A stretch of 61,953 bases of DNA, filler included. It is 5 parts of 5 records of this genome, joined end to end, with 100 filler letters (N's around TTAATTAATTAA, not from the genome) between each part and the next. Parts side by side here need not be neighbours in the genome. Positions count along the whole stretch, not along the records: positions 55,494 to 61,953 come from SRR31156797_10724; 4 more parts are not named here. The stretch is one strand, 5' to 3'. A model generated the notes under the pieces. It was not told the DNA's origin, ran no database searches, and saw only the letters and a program-made list of their open reading frames with translations. The translations under genes and the position numbers were made by a program. The stretch's first letter is position 1; each line of letters opens with the position of its first letter. Shown here piece by piece: positions 57,757-61,953 of the stretch.

Positions 57757-60700
57757 TTGTTTCTTAATTTTTGTAATATCACAAAAAATAAAGGAATAAA
57801 AATAGCTAATTTAAGAGTTGTTAAACTAGCTTTTTTGCTAGTAGTTTTTTGTAATGTAGCAGTTGATATTTCCCACAAAATACTTTTACAAAATATTGCA
57901 TTTAAAGTATTTGATGGAAGTGAACAAGTTGTTTGGATATCTATTATAAATCTTCTTATAATAGTTCCTTTTTTACTTCTGTTTTCTCTTAGTGGCTTTT
58001 TAAGTGATAAATATCATAAAAAAGATGTTCTTATCTATGGAGCTTTATCCTCTTTTTCCTTATCTGTTTTAATGCTAATTGCTTATTTTATTGGCTCTTT
58101 TTATCTAGCAATGGCAACTCTGTTTTTACTTGCTATTCAAAGTACTATTTATTCTCCTGCAAAATTTGGAATTATAATTGATATCTATGGAAAAAGTGAG
58201 CTATCAAAAGGAAACTCTAGCTTACAAGCAGTTTCTATAATCGCTATCTTAGTATCTATGGCAACTTTTTCTTTTATCTTTGAAAGTTTTTTTCAGTTTA
58301 ATAATTTAGAGGTTTTAAGTACAAAAGAAGAATTACTAAAAGCTTTACTTCCATTATCTTTATATATTTTGCCTATAGCTATTTTAGAGATGCTTGTCTC
58401 TTTTGTTGTATTAAAAAATATAAAAACAAAAGTAAAAAGAAACAAAGACTTAAAACTTGATTTACAAGCTATGTTTTTAGGAAAACTATTTAAAAACAAT
58501 GTTCAAGATATCTTTAGTAGAAAAATCATTTTCTTATGTGTTTTAGGACTTGGATTGTTTTGGGGAATTTCCCAAGGGATGATTGCAACTTTTCCTTCTT
58601 ATGCAAAGATGTATTTAGGTATAGATGATGTATTTGTTATAAATGGTGTAATTGCAGCTTCAGGAATAGGTATTGCTTTAGGAAGTTTCTTTTACTCAAG
58701 ATATTCAAAACACTATATTGAAGTTGGCACTATACCTTTTGCAGCTCTTGGTATGAGTATTATGATTTTTATTTCAACTATAGTTGAAAGTGCATCTTTT
58801 TTAGCATTGAGCTTTTTGATTTTCGGTTTCTTTGGAGGATTGTTCGTTGTACCTTTAAATGCACTAATTCAGTTTAATGCACCAAAGAAGAAACTAGGTA
58901 CTATCTTAGCAGGGAATAATTGGTTTCATTCTTTATTTATGTTTTTTATTTTAGTTCTTACAACAACAGTATCTTTATATAACCTTGACCCTCTTAATAC
59001 AATTTATCTAATACTATTTTTGATGTGTCTTGGAAGTTTATTTGTAGTTATATCTTTACCCCAATCTATGATTATCTTCTTTTTAAAATGGCTTGTTGGA
59101 TTAAAATATAAGCTTGAAATACAAGGAGTAAAATATATACCTTCTTCAAGTGGAGCTTTACTTTTAGGGAATCATGTCTCTTGGTTAGATTGGGCAGTTA
59201 TATATCTAGCAACTCCAAGAGAAATAAAGTTTGTCATGGATAAAACTATTTATTCAAAGTGGTATTTGAATTGGCTAATGAAACTGTTTAAAATCATTCC
59301 TATTAGTACTAAAGGGAGTAAAAAGACAATAGAAATTGTAGCAAAAGAGTTAGATGAGGGAAATATAATAGTTTTATTTCCAGAAGGAAGTATAACTAGA
59401 AATGGTCACTTAGGTGAGTTCAAAAAAGGTTTTGAAAAGATTTTAGAGAAAACAAACTCTGATGTACCTGTTATTGCTTTTTATATTAGAGGTTTATGGC
59501 AAAGTATGTTTAGTAGAGCTAATAATAAATATAAAAAGTCATATAGAACAAATATAATCACTGTATCTTTTTCAAAGCCAATAAAAAAGCATAAAGCAAA
59601 TACTATAAATATAAAAAATGAAATCAAAGCTTTATCTACTAAGTCTTGGCAGAGTCATACTAAAGAGTTAGGTTTAGTAAGTGAGACTATTTTTGATAGA
59701 TTAAAACAGATGAAAAGAAATATTGTATTTGCTGATTCAACTGGAGTTGAACTTTCTGGATATAAATTTTTAACAGCTTCTATTCTTTTTAAAAATCTTT
59801 TGAAATATAGAATAAAAAAGAAAAATATTGGAATACTACTTCCTTCAACAGCTGCTGGTGCTTTTATAAATAACTCTGTTTTAATGTTAGGAAAAACTGC
59901 TGTAAATCTGAACTTTACAGCTTCAATGGCTTCTTTAAAATTATCAGTTAAAAATGCAGATATAAAAACAATAATCACCTCAAAAAAGTTTGTGGACAAA
60001 CTACAAGAAAAAGGTATTCAAATCAATGAAGTCTTAAGTATTTGTGATGTGGTTTATTTAGAAGACTTAAAAGAGTTGATTACTAAGCCAATTGCTTTAA
60101 CAACTTTGCTTAGTACTATTGTTTTACCAAGCTTTATTTTAAAAGCAATGCATATAAAAAAGGTTCCTAGAAAATCAACTGCTTTAATTATGTTTAGTAG
60201 TGGAAGTGAAGGAGTTCCTAAAGGAATAGAGTTAAGTCATAAAAATGTTTTAGGAAATTGTCAACAAATAGCTTCTATATTAAATGTAGATGATAAAGAT
60301 GTTATTGTTGGTTCACTTCCTCTGTTTCATGCTTTTGGAACAGTTGTGACTAACTTCTTACCTTTAATTGAAGGTATAAAATGTGTAGCTCACCCAGATC
60401 CAACAGATGGATATGAAATAGGAAAACTTGTTTCAAAACATAAAGCAACAGTTATGCTTGGAACATCAACATTTTTTAGACTATACACAAAAAACAAAAA
60501 GCTAAAAAAAGAGATGTTTGAGTCTTTAAGACTTGTAGTTGCAGGAGCAGAAAAACTTTCTTCTAAAGTTAGACAAGAGTTTTATGAGAAGTTTGATAAA
60601 GAGATTTTAGAAGGCTATGGAACAACTGAAACTACACCTGTTGCTTGTTGTAACTTGCCTAATATAAAAACTCCTGAAGGTCTTCAAGTAGGAAATAAAA

Positions 60701-61263
60701 TTGGCAGTGTAGGAATGCCAATTCCTGGAACAAAAATCAAAATAGTAGACCCAGATAGTTTTGAGGAATTAAAAGTAGGTGAAGCTGGTATGGTTTTAAT
60801 TTCTGGAGTTCAAGTTATGAAAGGCTATTTAAAAGATAAGAAAAAAACTAAAGAAGTAATAGTTGAACTTGAGGGAAGAAAGTACTATCTTACAGGTGAT
60901 AAAGGTTATTTAGATAAAGATGGTTTCTTATTTTTAATTGATAGATATTCAAGGTTTGCAAAGCTTGGTGGAGAGATGATTAGTCTTGGAGCGATTGAGC
61001 AAAATATAGAAAAGTTAATTACAAGTGATGAAATAGAGTTTGTAGCTACCTCAAAAGAGGATGAGAAAAAAGGTGAAAAGATTATTCTTTTAGTTTCAAA
61101 TATCAAAGAAGATGAACTAGAAAAACTAAAAAAAGATATAAAAGAGAAGTTTGATAATAATCTTATGATTCCTAGCCTTTATAAAATAGTAGATGAGGTT
61201 CCTAAACTTGGAAGTGGAAAATTAGATTTTAAAAGGGCTAAAAAAATGGTTGAAGATTTATAG
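57757..61263 (+). CDS. aas: Acyl-[ACP]-phospholipid O-acyltransferase fusion (MFS + PlsC acyltransferase + acyl-ACP synthetase)
   Basis: MFS domain (GFLSDKY, YSPAKFG), NHVSWLD and FPEG motifs, then FSSGSEGVPKG, EGYGTTE and TGD. The start codon is uncertain (see findings). Confidence 0.93.
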   Translation: MFLNFCNITKNKGIKIANLRVVKLAFLLVVFCNVAVDISHKILLQNIAFKVFDGSEQVVWISIINLLIIVPFLLLFSLSGFLSDKYHKKDVLIYGALSSFSLSVLMLIAYFIGSFYLAMATLFLLAIQSTIYSPAKFGIIIDIYGKSELSKGNSSLQAVSIIAILVSMATFSFIFESFFQFNNLEVLSTKEELLKALLPLSLYILPIAILEMLVSFVVLKNIKTKVKRNKDLKLDLQAMFLGKLFKNNVQDIFSRKIIFLCVLGLGLFWGISQGMIATFPSYAKMYLGIDDVFVINGVIAASGIGIALGSFFYSRYSKHYIEVGTIPFAALGMSIMIFISTIVESASFLALSFLIFGFFGGLFVVPLNALIQFNAPKKKLGTILAGNNWFHSLFMFFILVLTTTVSLYNLDPLNTIYLILFLMCLGSLFVVISLPQSMIIFFLKWLVGLKYKLEIQGVKYIPSSSGALLLGNHVSWLDWAVIYLATPREIKFVMDKTIYSKWYLNWLMKLFKIIPISTKGSKKTIEIVAKELDEGNIIVLFPEGSITRNGHLGEFKKGFEKILEKTNSDVPVIAFYIRGLWQSMFSRANNKYKKSYRTNIITVSFSKPIKKHKANTINIKNEIKALSTKSWQSHTKELGLVSETIFDRLKQMKRNIVFADSTGVELSGYKFLTASILFKNLLKYRIKKKNIGILLPSTAAGAFINNSVLMLGKTAVNLNFTASMASLKLSVKNADIKTIITSKKFVDKLQEKGIQINEVLSICDVVYLEDLKELITKPIALTTLLSTIVLPSFILKAMHIKKVPRKSTALIMFSSGSEGVPKGIELSHKNVLGNCQQIASILNVDDKDVIVGSLPLFHAFGTVVTNFLPLIEGIKCVAHPDPTDGYEIGKLVSKHKATVMLGTSTFFRLYTKNKKLKKEMFESLRLVVAGAEKLSSKVRQEFYEKFDKEILEGYGTTETTPVACCNLPNIKTPEGLQVGNKIGSVGMPIPGTKIKIVDPDSFEELKVGEAGMVLISGVQVMKGYLKDKKKTKEVIVELEGRKYYLTGDKGYLDKDGFLFLIDRYSRFAKLGGEMISLGAIEQNIEKLITSDEIEFVATSKEDEKKGEKIILLVSNIKEDELEKLKKDIKEKFDNNLMIPSLYKIVDEVPKLGSGKLDFKRAKKMVEDL

Positions 61264-61271
61264 TAAAGAGA

Positions 61272-61953
61272 TTAACTCTCTTTACTATGGTGACATAACT
61301 CTTTTATAATATCATCTTGCTGACCACAGAAGTTTCCATTTTTCTCTATTAGGAATAAATCCTTTGCCATTCCCTTGATTGAGCTAAGTTTTGCTGTTTC
61401 AATCTCTATACCAAACTCATCAAAAATATTTGCAATATAAGCAAAAAGACCCTTTTGGTCTTTTGCAGTAACTTGCATTGAAGCTAAATAAGTAGTGTGA
61501 TTACAGTTTATGTGAATACCTTTTTCTTCAATCTTTGGAGTTAAAAGCCTTGTTTTTTTACTCATATCAAAAGAGTTTTCAATCATTTGCTCAATATATG
61601 GAATATCTTCATCATCAACTCTTTCTGAGAAGTTTATTTCAAAGAATTTCTTTTCATCAAAAAGTTTAAAAATATTCATTGTAGAGATATTTAAAAACTC
61701 TAACTTACCAAGTAAAAAACCAAGATTTAAAGGAATAGCTCTAATAATTTTAATAGATAGTTGGTCTTCATTTATAACTTTATATGTAAAATCTTTTACA
61801 TCATAAGCCCTAACTGCAATATCGATTATTTCATTTGATTTACATTTTAAGAACATTTGATTTGAAGAGATATAAGTAATCTTTTTCTTCATGATATTTG
61901 ATAAGTTTTTATACTTTTCTAGCTTTTTGATTCTTTCTTGTTTTGCATTTCTT
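61272..61953 (-). CDS. C-terminal part of a GlnD-like [protein-PII] uridylyltransferase (ACT domain), 5' partial
   Basis: The frame is open to the window end. The C-terminal ACT domain reads MQVTAKDQKGLFAYIANIFDEFGIEIETAK...AKDLFLIEK. Confidence 0.75.
   Translation of the reverse strand, partial: RNAKQERIKKLEKYKNLSNIMKKKITYISSNQMFLKCKSNEIIDIAVRAYDVKDFTYKVINEDQLSIKIIRAIPLNLGFLLGKLEFLNISTMNIFKLFDEKKFFEINFSERVDDEDIPYIEQMIENSFDMSKKTRLLTPKIEEKGIHINCNHTTYLASMQVTAKDQKGLFAYIANIFDEFGIEIETAKLSSIKGMAKDLFLIEKNGNFCGQQDDIIKELCHHSKES

Overview
This window is not one genome. It is five unrelated contigs joined by 100-nt N spacers that each contain TTAATTAATTAA (gaps at 10593-10692, 18932-19031, 24344-24443 and 55394-55493), so adjacency across a gap means nothing. 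Taxon labels below are inferred from gene content and composition only. (1) 1-10592, FCB-group-like (Marinimicrobia/Cloacimonadota style): secreted proteins with YPNPFNP C-terminal domains (including a modular endonuclease I), a phytoene-dehydrogenase-like flavoprotein, DUF2461, an isolated hydF, and DUF58/MoxR. (2) 10693-18931, Bacteroidota: csp, a Na/Pi cotransporter, a NifX-like/atypical Trx/TrxB/OsmC/membrane-Trx operon with a divergent Crp/Fnr gene, arfB, GtrA and a CPBP protease. (3) 19032-24343, AT-rich unknown: PP2C, an apparently circularly permuted GH114/TM1410-like hydrolase and a multi-sensor class III adenylate cyclase. (4) 24444-55393, Desulfobulbales-like: an iorAB-paaK-ACT-liv-paaK aryl-acid cluster whose binding-protein gene survives only as a stub, FKBP, DUF362, LptF/G, DHH, a glgD-like/glgC pair and tRNA-Arg(CCT). 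These are followed by a decayed island (foreign tRNA fragment, integrase stub, intact cobalamin-riboswitch ABC importer, TonB-receptor, DUF3450 and HU pseudogenes), then MarR, a methyltransferase and feoB. (5) 55494-61953, Arcobacter-like: the end of an ars cluster, rarD, aas and a glnD-like gene. There is no CRISPR array or rRNA, and no defence system was recognised. The best candidates for undescribed biology are the Crp/Fnr-linked redox operon with its non-CxxC thioredoxin and candidate operator, two apparently permuted proteins, three small ORFs missing from the ORF track, the GlgD-like subunit, and the decayed tRNA-Arg island.
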